Source: Capsulimonadaceae bacterium
Lineage (GTDB): Bacteria > Armatimonadota > Armatimonadia > Armatimonadales > Capsulimonadaceae
DNA length: 64,000 nt
Reading direction: 5' to 3'
Assembly (NCBI GenBank): GCA_965215505.1
Contig: OZ244065.1
Coordinates: 5,440,001-5,504,000, forward strand
Shown in pieces: positions 56,192 through 64,000 of the stretch (positions within the stretch are counted from its first letter, which is position 1; each line of letters opens with the position of its first letter). The translations under genes and the position numbers were made by a program. A model generated the notes under the pieces. It ran no database searches, had not been told where the DNA came from, and worked only from the letters and a program-made list of their open reading frames with translations.

Positions 56192-57100
56192 ATGTCCAAC
56201 AAACGCCGAGGGTTTACCCTCATTGAGCTGCTCGTCGTCATCGCCATCATCGCGATTCTCGCGGCGATACTCTTCCCCGTATTCCAGAGCGTCCGCGAGA
56301 ATGCCCGCCGCACCACCTGCATCAGCAACATGAAGCAGATCGGCCTGGCCGCCCACATGTACATGGACGACAACGACGGCGCACTCTACCACCACCACGA
56401 GGACTATGTGCTGGATGACGGGACGCAGGTCCACACCCTGCCCCCCGACGTCAGCGGGTGCGTCGGCGGCGGGGCCGGCAACAGCAATGCCGAGAAGCCC
56501 TGGGCGATCTTCTTCCAGCCGTATCTGGCGAGCCGGGACGTGATCTACTGTCCGGACGACCCCGCCCCCCACTCCACGGTCCAGGCCCACAACATCATCG
56601 CCTACAACGGCGGCATCAGCGTCTTGGGCCAGGAGTGCAGTGCCGCCCCTAACGGCGAGCAGTGTACCGCCGAGGCCCAGCACACGGCGATGTGGAGTTA
56701 CCTGCTGAACTCCATCTTCACGCACAAGTCGTGCAGCTACGTCATGGAGGGCGTCCTGCCGGGCTTCGCGACCGAGTCGGCCGTGAACTCACTGCCCGAC
56801 CAGAACCTCATCATGTTCTCGGAGCGCAATTCGGCCGCCCTGGACGACCCCGCGAACACCGACTGGGGGTACATCCCGCAGGATGACTACGACACCTGGC
56901 CCGGAGAAGCCAGCCTCGTGCAGTCCGGCAACGGCGGGCAGTACGCCAACCAGGGATGGATCAGCTATAACCGACACCGGGGCGGTGCCGACTACGTCTT
57001 CTACGACGGCCATGTCAAGTTCATGCACTGGAGCCAGGCGCGCACCCTGGAGTACCCCGACCACGTCGTCCGATTCCCGCTGGCGAACCCGCCGAGCTGA
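56192..57100 (+). CDS. Prepilin-type DUF1559 / H-X9-DG protein, His/Cys-rich
   Basis: [27 protein letters not shown]...C.SNMKQIG; YHHHED; six Cys; [14 protein letters not shown]. Confidence 0.92.
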   Translation: MSNKRRGFTLIELLVVIAIIAILAAILFPVFQSVRENARRTTCISNMKQIGLAAHMYMDDNDGALYHHHEDYVLDDGTQVHTLPPDVSGCVGGGAGNSNAEKPWAIFFQPYLASRDVIYCPDDPAPHSTVQAHNIIAYNGGISVLGQECSAAPNGEQCTAEAQHTAMWSYLLNSIFTHKSCSYVMEGVLPGFATESAVNSLPDQNLIMFSERNSAALDDPANTDWGYIPQDDYDTWPGEASLVQSGNGGQYANQGWISYNRHRGGADYVFYDGHVKFMHWSQARTLEYPDHVVRFPLANPPS

Positions 57101-57133
57101 TGATGGCGGGATGAGAAGAGAGCAGGATGAAAA

Positions 57134-57167
57134 GAAAGGGCCGCCGGCATATGCTGGCGGCCCTTTC
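57134..57167 (+). terminator. Hairpin terminator
   Basis: GAAAGGGCCGCCGGCA-TA-TGCTGGCGGCCCTTTC. Confidence 0.75.
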
Positions 57168-57199
57168 GCGCGAACCCGCCCGCCCTTGCGCGGGACGGG

Positions 57200-57247
57200 T
57201 ATAATCCTGCCAGATTGGGAACTTTCAGCCAGTCAGTAACGCTCTGA
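57200..57247 (+). promoter_or_regulatory. Tandem promoters of the ECF sigma gene (sigma70 -10 plus a candidate autoregulatory ECF promoter)
   Basis: TATAAT at 57200-57205; GGAACTT (57218-57224), 18 nt, TCTGA (57243-57247). Confidence 0.45.
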
Positions 57248-57281
57248 AAAGGAAACAAGGGCAGCGCGCGCCCGAGATGCC

Positions 57282-57908
57282 ATGAGGTTGTTCCCGGAGA
57301 GTAGGCGGAAGAGTGCGCCCCCACGAGAGCCGAACGCGGACGGGGAGGCGGGACTGTCCGAGGACGACGTAGAGCTTTTCGCACGGCTGCTGGCCACCCA
57401 CCAGGATAAGCTGTATCGCGTGGCCTACCGAATGGCCGGACACCACGAGGACGCCCAAGACCTGCTGCAAGACGCCCTGCTGGAAGCCTACCGCTCGTTC
57501 AAGCGGTTCCAGCGCGGCTCCTACTTCGACAAGTGGCTCTACCGGATCATGACCAACACGTTCATTGACCGGCAGCGCCACCGCAAGCGGGTGGGGCGGG
57601 TCGAGTCACTGGACGCCCCTCTGCCGGGCATGGACGAGGGCGAGTCGGCGGGGCGCGAAATCCCCGACTGGTCGGATGAGCCTTCCCGCCGGGTCCTGCG
57701 GGACACATTCGACGAGCCGATCCAGAAGGCTCTGGATGCGCTAAAGCCCGAGTTCCGGATGGTCCTGATCCTGGCGGACGTGGAGGAGTTTTCCTACGAG
57801 GAAATCTCCGAGATGATGGACACGCCAATCGGGACGGTCCGCTCCCGCCTGCACCGCGCCCGCGACATGGTGAGGCAGGCCCTCGAAAAAGCCGACAAGA
57901 ATAAATAA
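57282..57908 (+). CDS. ECF sigma-70 factor (SigE/SigW-like)
   Basis: DAQDLLQD, F..WLYRIMTN.FID and SYEEIS.....PIGTVRSRLHRAR motifs. Confidence 0.95.
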   Translation: MRLFPESRRKSAPPREPNADGEAGLSEDDVELFARLLATHQDKLYRVAYRMAGHHEDAQDLLQDALLEAYRSFKRFQRGSYFDKWLYRIMTNTFIDRQRHRKRVGRVESLDAPLPGMDEGESAGREIPDWSDEPSRRVLRDTFDEPIQKALDALKPEFRMVLILADVEEFSYEEISEMMDTPIGTVRSRLHRARDMVRQALEKADKNK

Positions 57909-57958
57909 CAGAACCAGTCGCAGAACAAACGACGCCCCGGTGCGTCAAAGCAGAGACC

Positions 57959-58549
57959 ATGATGAGCAAGAACGGACATCCACACGGAGAACAACTCTCC
58001 GCATATATTGATGGGATGCTGGACGTCGGGAAGACGCGCGGCGTTGCCGAACACCTGCGCGCCTGCATCCCCTGCCGCACCACCGTCGGCCACCTCCAGG
58101 AAGCCAAGGCGCTGCTGCACCGGATGCCCGCCCCGCCCCGCCCCGGCCCGCAGTTCTGGGACGATACCTACCGCCGCCTGCGCGTGGACGACCGCGAGCG
58201 GGCCGTAACGCGCCGACCCCTGTGGGACGCCTGGCGCGGGCCGGAGCAGGCCGCGCACCGCCGCTGGGCGGCCGGCCTGGCCTCCGTGGCCGCCGTCGCA
58301 GCGATGATTGCCGGGCCGCTCACCGGCACGCGCCTCTGGGTGGGGCCGCAGCCGCCCGCCGTGACTACGCCGTTGCCGGACGTCTCGCCGGACACCTCGC
58401 CGGACGTGTCCTCGCTGGTGCAGTCGCACACGGACTCCGTCTCGGCCCTCCCGCTCGACGACCCGGACCGGCAGAAGATGATTGCGGAGGACGCGCGCAA
58501 GGTGCCGACGAACTCGGAGGCGGCGGGCTATGCCGACATCGCGTTCTAA
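57959..58549 (+). CDS. Zinc-finger (ZAS, zf-HC2) membrane anti-sigma factor
   Basis: LSAYIDG.L...HLRACIPC (HxxxCxxC) followed by one TM. Confidence 0.9.
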   Translation: MMSKNGHPHGEQLSAYIDGMLDVGKTRGVAEHLRACIPCRTTVGHLQEAKALLHRMPAPPRPGPQFWDDTYRRLRVDDRERAVTRRPLWDAWRGPEQAAHRRWAAGLASVAAVAAMIAGPLTGTRLWVGPQPPAVTTPLPDVSPDTSPDVSSLVQSHTDSVSALPLDDPDRQKMIAEDARKVPTNSEAAGYADIAF

Positions 58550-59660
58550 CCGCCGGACTCGCCCCGACTTCCGGCTGACGGTGTGTGCCGGGCTGCTGCT
58601 GGCGGTGCCGGCTTTCGCCGTCTCGCACGCCACGGCCGTTCCTCACCGGCAGGCCGCGCCCAGGCGGCACGCCGCCGCGCCCGTCTCCCATGTCCCGACG
58701 GCGGAGGACCTGTTCGTCAAGGTCCTCAGCGCCGACGACCTTTTCACCTACATGGGGCGCAAAGTCACTATCTACTGGCGCACGGGTCAGACGACCGCCG
58801 TCAACGTCTTCCACCGCCCCGTTGACGACAGGCGCATCTACTACCTCAGTCCCAAGTCACAGCGCGGCCTCCTCATCGCCAGCGACGGGCATGAGGAGTG
58901 GCAGTACGACCCGCACTCCAAAGAACTGAGCCACCGCCGCCTTTCCCCCGGCGCGCTGGAGGAGGACGACCTCCTGAGCTACACGCTGCTCCGGGCGAAC
59001 TATTATCTCACCGTTGACCCGACGCCGCGCGTCTACGCGGACCGGCACGTTTCGCTCGTCACGATCAAGAGGCCCGTCGGCCACACCCTGGCGCGTCGCT
59101 TCTGGATAGACAACGGGACCGGCCTGATCCTGAAACGGGAGATCTACGGGGATGACGGCGAGCTGGCCGTGACGAGTACCTTTTCCGAAATCAATTATCA
59201 CCCGAAGTCTTCGTTCGGCAGCTTCAGCCTGGCCGCGCTGTCCAAAACGCCCAGCGTACACACCGTCGAGAACTCGGCCCCTTCGGAGGACCCGATCAAG
59301 CCCGCCCTGGTGCCGGGTCAGCTCACGGGGAAGGCCTTTGCGCCCCCCAATCTGGCCGGCTATCGCCTCGTGGGGGCCTCAACCACCACGACGGGTGGTA
59401 AGCCGCTGCTGCACCTGCGCTATTCGGACGGGCTGAACCTGGTTTCGCTGTTCGAGCAGCAGCGCACCCAGGCGCGGCGGCCGACCCGTGTTCCGGGGAT
59501 GCAGAAGGCGCAGATCGGGTCCGTCCCCGCCCACGTCTCGCACCGCGCCTCGCTGACGACCTACAACTGGGACACCTCCACCCTGAACGTCACCTTGATG
59601 GGCGAGATGGGCGTCAAGGCGCTCTACTCGCTCGCTCTGGCCGCCGTTCAAAGCAGATGA
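58530..59660 (+). CDS. MucB/RseB-like (LolA-fold) periplasmic sigma regulatory protein
   Basis: Signal peptide; RRIYYLSP, RRFWIDNGTGLILKRE and HLRYSDGL..VSLF motifs; third gene of the ECF operon. Confidence 0.82.
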   Translation: MPTSRSNRRTRPDFRLTVCAGLLLAVPAFAVSHATAVPHRQAAPRRHAAAPVSHVPTAEDLFVKVLSADDLFTYMGRKVTIYWRTGQTTAVNVFHRPVDDRRIYYLSPKSQRGLLIASDGHEEWQYDPHSKELSHRRLSPGALEEDDLLSYTLLRANYYLTVDPTPRVYADRHVSLVTIKRPVGHTLARRFWIDNGTGLILKREIYGDDGELAVTSTFSEINYHPKSSFGSFSLAALSKTPSVHTVENSAPSEDPIKPALVPGQLTGKAFAPPNLAGYRLVGASTTTTGGKPLLHLRYSDGLNLVSLFEQQRTQARRPTRVPGMQKAQIGSVPAHVSHRASLTTYNWDTSTLNVTLMGEMGVKALYSLALAAVQSR

Positions 59661-59709
59661 AGGCGCGGATGTCCGCGCCATCATCTGCACCTGTTCCCCT
59701 GATGCCCCA

Positions 59710-60339
59710 TCATGTTCCCGCTCCGGTGCGCTTTGCGTGTCCCGCCTCCGCGATCTGGTCCCGCAGGGTGTGCGTCAGCTTCGTCATCAGGTTGCGCGAG
59801 AAGTCATCATTTGCGAGCGCCAGGCCCTTCTCGGAATACGGCAGCGCCTGGGCCGGCTTGTGTTCGGTCGCGGCCAGAAGCATCGCCATCTCCCGGTACA
59901 GCTCCCACTCCTGGGCGTCGCTCGTGTTGCGGGCGATCCCCTGTGCCAGCACCCGTTCGGCCTCGGCCCCGCGCCCCGTGCGGGGCAGGATCGCCCCGCC
60001 CATCAGCTCATACGCCTGGACGAAATGGGGGTCCAGCGTGATGATCGTCTGGAGCAGAGGCAGCAGGCTCTCGTTCTTGGACCAGTCGCCGCCGTCCGCC
60101 ATGTACTGGTGGTGGTAGTGGTCCACGACCTTGCTCCACAGCAGGTTCGCCGCCACGATGCGGAACTCACCCCCCGCTTGTGCCAGGGCGGCGTTCCGAC
60201 CCTGGGCCGCGCTCGTGACCAGGTAACCTCGTGCGAGGCCCGCCCGCTGCGAGGCCGACTCGAACAGCCCCGCCGCCGTCATCAGCCCCAGAAAGAGCAG
60301 CGCGGCGGGCCAGGCCCGCCGGCCGTTTTGCCTCGCCAT
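59710..60339 (-). CDS. Membrane-anchored TPR-like protein, PilG/XapA-like
   Basis: One TM; ANLLW...Y, TLDPHF..AY..GG and A..VL.QG...N...W.L patterns. Confidence 0.65.
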   Translation of the reverse strand: MARQNGRRAWPAALLFLGLMTAAGLFESASQRAGLARGYLVTSAAQGRNAALAQAGGEFRIVAANLLWSKVVDHYHHQYMADGGDWSKNESLLPLLQTIITLDPHFVQAYELMGGAILPRTGRGAEAERVLAQGIARNTSDAQEWELYREMAMLLAATEHKPAQALPYSEKGLALANDDFSRNLMTKLTHTLRDQIAEAGHAKRTGAGT

Positions 60340-60340
60340 C

Positions 60341-60709
60341 TCAGGCCGCCTTCCTTAGATCCGTCACGCCTTCAGACACCGGCACTGCGGCCCGCGCCCG
60401 ACGCCGGATACGGCCACGATACGCCAGGCCGTTCAGCAGGAGGAACCCCGCGGCCATGCCCCCCATCTGGAGCCGCTCCTCGCGGACGTACTTCGGGTCG
60501 CCCCAATGTTCCAGCAGCTCGTCGCCGTCGCCGTCATCGCCGGCCCCCGGCGGCAGGAAAGGCCGCGCCGCCGGTGCCAAGGGCGGGGCGGCCTGCGCGG
60601 CCTGATGCGGGGCCAAGATCGTCACGCTGCCCAGGGCCAGCAGGGCGCAGGGCAGGAGAAGCCAGGGCGCGGGGTCTTTCCGGGCTGAATTTACGGCAAT
60701 CATCTCCAT
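60341..60709 (-). CDS. Small two-TM protein with Arg-rich tail (122 aa)
   Basis: ATG 60709 overlaps the permease stop (TGATG) and has an AAGGAG RBS. Confidence 0.6.
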   Translation of the reverse strand: MEMIAVNSARKDPAPWLLLPCALLALGSVTILAPHQAAQAAPPLAPAARPFLPPGAGDDGDGDELLEHWGDPKYVREERLQMGGMAAGFLLLNGLAYRGRIRRRARAAVPVSEGVTDLRKAA

Positions 60710-61485
60710 CACAGCTCCTTCCGGGCGAACGACATTGAGGCCAGCGTCAGCAGGGCAGCCGTGTAACAGACTCCATAGGCCGCCGTCTGCCAGAGGTAGG
60801 CGCTCGGGACCGTCAGGTGATGCACCAGGGCGTCTTTGAAGTTGAAGGACTCCAGGTTGGGCAGCAAATGGTAGAGCGCCCCGATCATCAGGCGGTTGAA
60901 CCCATTCTGCGGGCGGGCCGTCAGCGAAGCATAAAGAGGGAACTTGACGTTGCCCAGCAGGCACAGCAGGACCGAGAGGAGCCAGGCCAGCGGCCAGGAA
61001 GTCAGGGTGGAGAGGCACAGCGCCAGGGCGGCCAGGATCGCCGTCTCCAGGAACAGGAACGGCAGGACGTAGAACAGCGCCGAGTCCAGACGGCCCATGT
61101 AGAAAACCTGGAGGAATGCGAACGTCGCCGCCATGACACCCATCCCGATGGCGACCGTCCCCATGGCCCCGGAGTATTTGCCGCAGACGAACTGCCAGCG
61201 CGCCACGGGCTTGGCGATGACCGGGTAGACCGTCTTCTGCTCCGTCTCGCCGGGGATGCCGGTCACTGCCAGCGTGATCGCGACGACCGCGCTGATGAGG
61301 AACACCGAGAAGAGGCACAGGTCGTTCAGCATCTTCATCTGGACGTGCCGGTCGAACTTCGCCAGAGTCGCCGAGCCGAAGATCAGGAAGATCGCGAACA
61401 GCATCAGGACGTGGAAGACCTGCTTGCGCGCGCCCTCCAGCATCGTGATCCGGCCGATGATGCCGATGTTGCGTAATGCCTGCAT
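60709..61485 (-). CDS. ABC-2 type permease (PilI/XapB-like)
   Basis: Six TM segments; E.EQKTVY..IAKPV.RWQFV.GKY.G and LLPNL..FN motifs. Confidence 0.85.
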   Translation of the reverse strand: MQALRNIGIIGRITMLEGARKQVFHVLMLFAIFLIFGSATLAKFDRHVQMKMLNDLCLFSVFLISAVVAITLAVTGIPGETEQKTVYPVIAKPVARWQFVCGKYSGAMGTVAIGMGVMAATFAFLQVFYMGRLDSALFYVLPFLFLETAILAALALCLSTLTSWPLAWLLSVLLCLLGNVKFPLYASLTARPQNGFNRLMIGALYHLLPNLESFNFKDALVHHLTVPSAYLWQTAAYGVCYTAALLTLASMSFARKEL

Positions 61486-61489
61486 GGTC

Positions 61490-62431
61490 TTACCCCCCCA
61501 CCAGACGCAGGAAGGCGTCTTCCAGCGTTTCGCGCTGCGGTGAGACGGCCACCAGACGCGCCCTCCGCTGTTCCAGCAGGCCCATGACGCGGTAGACCAG
61601 AGGCCCAGGCACCCGCAGGCACGCCCCCGTCTCGCCGGTCGCCTCCACCGTCCCGCCCCAGTCTTCCACCTGCGCCCTCAAGACGTCGTCGCGCTCCGCC
61701 TGCTCGATCTGGACCCGGACCTCGTCGCGCGCCCGCGTGATCTCCTGCGGCGTCCCGCAGGCCACCAGCCTGCCGCGCGCCATGACGCCAACCCGGTCGC
61801 AGACCGATTCCATCTCGGAGAGCAGGTGTGAGGAGAGGAAGATCGTCTTGCCCTCCCCTTTCAGCGTGGTCAGCAGCGCGCGCAGCTCTTTGCGCCCGAC
61901 CGGGTCCAGGCCGGACGACGGCTCATCCAGGATCAGCAGGTCCGGGTCGCCCACCAGGGCCGTCGCCAGGCCGACCCGCTGGGTCATGCCTTTGGAACAC
62001 TTGGCGAGGACCATGTGCCGGTTCTCCCACATCCCCACCTGCCGCAGACACGCCTCGACGCGCGCCCGCGCCCGCCCGCCGGTCAGCCCGGAAAGCCCGG
62101 CGTGGGCGCGCGTGACTTCGAGCGCCGTCAGGAACTTGGGGAAGTAGGGCTGCTCGGGCAGATAGCCGACGCGGCCTCGCGCGCCGTCGTCGCCCACGGG
62201 CCTGCCGAAGAGCCAGGCGTCGCCGATCGTGGGCGGGATGAAGCCGAGCAGCATCTTGATCGTCGTCGTCTTGCCGGCCCCGTTCGGGCCGAGGAAGCCG
62301 AAGAGCGCGCCCTGTGGCACGCCGAGGGTCAGGCCGCTCACGGCGACCCGCTTCTCTTTCTGACGCGGGACGGGGTACTGCTTGGTGAAATTCTCAATTC
62401 GGATTGCGGCGTCAGTGTTTCGGTCGGGCAT
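61490..62431 (-). CDS. ABC transporter ATP-binding protein (PilH/XapD-like)
   Basis: GPNGAGKTT, GYLPEQPYF, SKGM.QRVG, LILDEP and SSH motifs. Confidence 0.93.
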   Translation of the reverse strand: MPDRNTDAAIRIENFTKQYPVPRQKEKRVAVSGLTLGVPQGALFGFLGPNGAGKTTTIKMLLGFIPPTIGDAWLFGRPVGDDGARGRVGYLPEQPYFPKFLTALEVTRAHAGLSGLTGGRARARVEACLRQVGMWENRHMVLAKCSKGMTQRVGLATALVGDPDLLILDEPSSGLDPVGRKELRALLTTLKGEGKTIFLSSHLLSEMESVCDRVGVMARGRLVACGTPQEITRARDEVRVQIEQAERDDVLRAQVEDWGGTVEATGETGACLRVPGPLVYRVMGLLEQRRARLVAVSPQRETLEDAFLRLVGG

Positions 62432-62514
62432 CGTGTCGTTCCCCTTCGTGGGCGGAATCTTTCCCTCTCACCATCGGCATTCCGCCCGGCTTTCTTTAGG
62501 GTACAATAGGTTCC

Positions 62515-62847
62515 ATGAGCCTCCCGTCCACTTGCCGAAACCTCTCCGTCGCCGAAGTCCGGGCGAAGCTGGAACGCGGCGTTCCCGTCCGCCTCGTGGA
62601 CGTCCGCCAGGGCTGGGAGCATGCCCGCTATCACCTGCCCGGCGCACTCCTGCTGCCCACGGACGAGTTCGCCGCCCGGTTTGCGGCCGAGCTGGACCCC
62701 GCCGACGAGATCATCTGCGTCTGCGAACACGGCGTCCGCAGCGCCGCCGCCGGCCGCTTCCTGGCGGCCCAGGGCTATGCGAACGTCGCCACCATGACCG
62801 GCGGCATGGCCGAGTACGACGGACCCGTCGAGACAGGAACAGAGTGA
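62515..62847 (+). CDS. Rhodanese-domain sulfurtransferase
   Basis: VDVRQ.WE...HLPGA, CEHGVRS and GGM motifs. Confidence 0.9.
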   Translation: MSLPSTCRNLSVAEVRAKLERGVPVRLVDVRQGWEHARYHLPGALLLPTDEFAARFAAELDPADEIICVCEHGVRSAAAGRFLAAQGYANVATMTGGMAEYDGPVETGTE

Positions 62848-62852
62848 CGACG

Positions 62853-63209
62853 ATGAAGATGCTGACCAAAGAAGAAGCCGCCGCCGAGATCGCCGACTAT
62901 GACTACCGGATCGATGAAGGGCTTCGCGCCGTCTACCGGATCATGGCGGATAATGAAGACGACCCGGAGGAGCCGCTGAGGCTGCTGAAAGTCAACACCG
63001 ACACACCGGAAACCGGCATCCTGCCGCTGCATTTTCCGCCCGATACGGCGAACGGCATCCCCTTTGCCTACGAGCTGGTGGTCATCACCCCGCGAGAGTT
63101 CGACCGGCTCCGGTCCGCAGACCTCCGCCTCCCGGATGACTGGCGGCTTGGCCCTCCGATTCATCCTTCGGCCCATCACCCCGGCGACCTACTTGAGACT
63201 GCCGCATGA
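62853..63209 (+). CDS. Small acidic protein upstream of a HEPN-like gene (putative antitoxin); could start at GTG 62844
   Basis: EPLRLLKVN..TP.TGILPL.F...V.ITP.EF...LP..W; ATGA coupling to the next gene. Confidence 0.7.
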   Translation: MKMLTKEEAAAEIADYDYRIDEGLRAVYRIMADNEDDPEEPLRLLKVNTDTPETGILPLHFPPDTANGIPFAYELVVITPREFDRLRSADLRLPDDWRLGPPIHPSAHHPGDLLETAA

Positions 63210-63709
63210 GTACCCCCCTGATCTGGCAGCACGCTTATGCGCGCCAAGCCAAGGCGGACTGGGCTGCCTATGAAGTCCTGCTTGCCGCCCCCCATCTGCC
63301 TCAGTGCCAATCGCTGCACTTCCTTCAAATGACGTGTGAGAAGCTCTGCAAGGCTTACCTGTGCAGCCACAAAGTCGAGCCGCGGTTTTTGCAGACGAGC
63401 CACGGCTTCATCGCGGGCAACCTGCCGGAGATCTTCAAGGACCAACGGCGGCGTTCAAAGCTCCGCCCCCTGAACCCGCGTTCAACGCTGGTGAGGCAGG
63501 TCAACAACCTCTCACGCGAGATCGAGCTGCTGGCCCCCACCGTTGACAGCGTCCGCCGCCCCGACAACTGCGAGTACCCGTGGGAGGACGGCGCGGGCGG
63601 AGTCGTCGCGCCCGCCGAGCATCCCTTCGCCACGCTCTCGCTGCTTTCGGAGGCGGCGGGTCAGGAACTCCTCGGCATCGTCCCGTTTGCCATCGACGAA
63701 CTGCTCTGA
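63206..63709 (+). CDS. HEPN-like protein
   Basis: QAKADW, HFLQMTCEKLCKAYL, conserved H (TSH) and EYP, matching the HEPN Q..EK..KA.L...H...YP pattern. Confidence 0.7.
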   Translation: MSTPLIWQHAYARQAKADWAAYEVLLAAPHLPQCQSLHFLQMTCEKLCKAYLCSHKVEPRFLQTSHGFIAGNLPEIFKDQRRRSKLRPLNPRSTLVRQVNNLSREIELLAPTVDSVRRPDNCEYPWEDGAGGVVAPAEHPFATLSLLSEAAGQELLGIVPFAIDELL

Positions 63710-63743
63710 ACATAAGCCACCCTTAACGGAAAAGAAACCTTTC

Positions 63744-64000
63744 ATGCCCTCCCAACCGCTGCGCGAACTCGAAACCGTCCGCACCCCTGAAGCGCTGGCC
63801 GTTCTCTGCCGACAACTGAAAGAAGCGGGCCGCTTCGCGCTGGACACGGAGTTCGTCGGCGAGCGGACATACCTGCCGCGCCTCTGTCTGGTGCAGGTGG
63901 CGACGACCGAGTTCATCGGCCTCGTGGATACGCTGGCGGTGGGCGGGATGGACCCGCTCTGGGACCTGGTGGCCGACCCCGGCGTCGGGAAGGTCCTGCA
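63744..64000 (+). CDS. rnd: Ribonuclease D (5' part only)
   Basis: ATG 63744; FALDTEFVGERTYLPRLCLVQVAT is the RNase D Exo I motif. Confidence 0.88.
   Translation, partial: MPSQPLRELETVRTPEALAVLCRQLKEAGRFALDTEFVGERTYLPRLCLVQVATTEFIGLVDTLAVGGMDPLWDLVADPGVGKVL

Overview
High-GC bacterial chromosomal segment, densely coding, with about 60 genes. I found no rRNA, tRNA, CRISPR array, prophage or intact transposase. The DUF1559/H-X9-DG prepilin-like genes and the scpA-scpB-dac-rluB order suggest an Armatimonadota-like organism (inference). Housekeeping and metabolic genes include a xanthine-dehydrogenase-family Mo subunit and a Tat-signal 2Fe-2S subunit, msrA, pxpBAC, prmC-like, ilvA, citrate synthase, a fused E1 alpha/beta dehydrogenase, glycerate kinase, scpAB, a DD-carboxypeptidase, rluB, a cyclophilin and rnd. 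Carbohydrate-active genes are GH2, GH50, GH36-like and GH32. There is also a kumamolisin-like S53 protease and an ECF sigma/zinc anti-sigma/RseB-like module. The most unusual items are: (1) a Ni/Co locus in which a His-rich ribbon-helix-helix regulator faces two Ni/Co transporter genes and an HHH/Cys-rich H-X9-DG pseudopilin; (2) an ethylene-receptor-like CxxxH membrane sensor fused directly to an RsbT/RsbW-type kinase; (3) two HEPN genes paired with small partners lacking MNT motifs; (4) a PilGHI/Xap-like ABC module; (5) pervasive leaderless-type promoters, including ilvA, where the predicted start falls on ATT; (6) sigmaE-like promoters at msrA and the ECF gene; (7) a REPIN/MITE-like 142-bp element and other REP-like palindromes; (8) two frameshifted genes. 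All family assignments come from motif recognition by eye; no searches were run.
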